A DNA stretch of 64,000 bases from Octopus sinensis. Its lineage: Eukaryota. The notes beneath the pieces were generated by a model that did no database searches, was not told the DNA's origin, and worked only from the letters and a program-made list of their open reading frames with translations. This document shows positions 62,206 through 64,000 of this stretch, piece by piece. The stretch covers positions 1-64,000 of the forward strand of contig NW_021833025.1 in assembly GCF_006345805.1 (NCBI RefSeq), written 5' to 3'. How positions within the stretch are numbered: position 1 is the first letter of the stretch; every line of letters starts with the position of its first letter. A program made the translations under genes and the position numbers.

Positions 62206-62733
62206 ATGTGGATATTATTTTTGACTATCATTCACGAAATTATCTCTTTGGAATATAGTATTTAGTAATACGATATATAAAAAGAATGTTTTGATTCAAA
62301 ATGTTATTCTTTTATTCTGGAGAAAAAAAATTATGAACAGGCTAAGCTATTTTGCAAAGATCGTGGGGAAATGCTAGGAGTGATTGACAGCAATGAAAAA
62401 AACAACTTTATAATTGGTATTTGTGTTAATTTGTATCAATAAATAGAAAATCTGTATATACCAAGTGGCGGGGAACCTTTTTTCATTGGATTAGACGACG
62501 AAGGTAATGAGGGAACTTTTACAAATTCTTACGGGAAAATTCAGGCAAAAAATATTAATCGACATACATAGAGTTATTCAAACTGGAATGGTGGAGAACC
62601 AAATAACAGCAACCAAAATGAACATTGTGTTGAAGTAGTAAATTCATTTGGTGGATGGAACGACATTGATTGCTATTCCCAAAGAAATTTTTTGTGTGAA
62701 AAACCAAGTTTGTATAATATTTATAAACAGTAA
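62206..62733 (+). CDS. Secreted single-domain C-type lectin (EPN/WND)
   Basis: Hydrophobic N-terminus MWILFLTIIH, then CYSLF..AKLFC, FIGLDD..EG.F, WNGGEPNN..EHCV and WNDIDC..FLCEK. Three 26-30 nt introns. Confidence 0.9.
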
Positions 62734-62904
62734 ACACGGAGAGCTCTGTTTCCTCAGATTCATCAGATCAGCAGATAGAACGCACTATTACTAGTTGTGA
62801 TAATTAACCAAAATAACTTAATAAACGAATTAACTTATTTTTAAAGATCATCTCTAAGTTAATGTTTGTTTTCAAAGTCGAGATCGAAAAAGTATGATCT
62901 CCTA

Positions 62905-63720
62905 TCCGAATAGTGTCAAACTCATTTCTTTCGCGGGCAGGATTAAACAAATTTTGGATTCCGCGGGCCAGACTATTAATTTTTGAATTTTTCGATTTAA
63001 CAAGATATTTGTTTTCTACTATAATTTTTATATTATTTTGAAACTTTTTTATTATTTGAAAGCATTTAGCAACAGATTGATTAATTTTTATAATTAAAAT
63101 GTGTTCCAGGAACATGGCATTTTTTTCTTTATAATAGCGGCAACTCGATCTAAATTTTGTTTTGTTTATATTCATTAAATAAAAAATTATTTAAATATGT
63201 ACTTCCAAAAATTGACTAAATCTTCGCAACTAAGGCTGTTAAGTTGGGATACTTCAGCAAGAGATATTTATAAAAGCTGTCTAAGCTTATCATGGTAAAT
63301 TTATTCTTCAGATCTGAGTCATGTTTCAAATCAATTATTTCCAATTTTAAGTTACTGTCAGGTAGAAATTTGGCAAAAGAAGATAGCTGATTTTGCAAAC
63401 ATGCAAGCAGTCCATCAAACTTATCCGTTCTCATTTTCCCCATCAATTTATTGTATTCGTATTGTCGTCAAATGTTATATTCTTTGACCACTGAAATTTC
63501 TTGTGCACACATCAAACAAATAGGTTTCCGATTTAACTCGCAAAGAAATATTGAACTTTTTTGGAATGATCTGCATTCGGTATCAACTCTACGTTTTGTT
63601 GAAAAAGGCATCCGCACAAGAAAAAAACAATTAAAATAATGTGTCACAGGCTGGATAATGCCCTGGGTTGGATAATACCCCCTTAAAAATTTTATTAAAA
63701 TCAAACGAAAATAACCTGAT
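62905..63720 (-). mobile_element. hAT (SPIN/GTF2IRD2-like) deletion remnant
   Basis: KRRVDTECRSF..PICLMCAQEISVVKEYNI BED-like N-terminus fused to the C-terminal YPNL..AKI. A decayed end GAGTTTGACAC lies near 62915. Confidence 0.75.
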
Positions 63721-64000
63721 AATCAATTAAAAATAACTTGATAATGAAATTAAGTCGATTTATTCAATTTTTTATCAATTTTTTGATCGAATGAATTTTT
63801 CCAAAAGTCGGCAAAAACCGGCATCACCAATTTTTCCGAATCAATAACGTTTTTTATTATAATTATACAATTTTTTAGGTCTACCATTTAAAAACAAATA
63901 TTAAAAATTCATGAATTTTTATTATATAAAAATTTTTTATAAGAGTCATATTTTTTTATAGGACTTTTGTGTACATTTTTGGATGATTCGTCATTCAGAT

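Noticed and set aside
1-64000. rRNA genes, intact tRNAs, prokaryotic operons or contamination
   Set aside because: None were seen. Spliceosomal introns and eukaryote-specific genes occur throughout.

Overview
AT-rich eukaryotic DNA, most likely a divergent animal: it carries a SMAD gene and a C-type lectin. Host genes are compact and split by 23-53 nt micro-introns, mostly under 35 nt, so the ORF track shows only fragments. Such intron sizes are known from reduced parasitic metazoans such as dicyemids, but the taxon cannot be fixed from this window. Recognisable host genes are PPP4R2, Lunapark, NOP10, Apn1/endonuclease IV, a zf-3CxxC protein, a RING protein, a very divergent R-SMAD-like gene, OSBPL9-like, YKT6 and a secreted C-type lectin. 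About half of the window is transposon-derived. It holds about 12 CRE-clade (RT + restriction-like endonuclease) copies from several lineages, a near-intact Vingi/Ingi-like LINE with a 2A-like peptide, an R4-like element plus remnants, an RTE-like element, hAT/Buster, Tc1, an IS630-like element and Helitrons. A ~32 x ~95 bp satellite sits directly downstream of a Helitron 5' end. The most unusual signal is two TSD-bounded retrotransposon insertions, one RTE-like (APE-type) and one CRE (RLE-type). Both have the inverted-body / forward-tail architecture of twin priming, which is best known from mammalian L1. Several frameshifts fall in homopolymers and may be long-read errors. All calls were made by eye; no searches were run.
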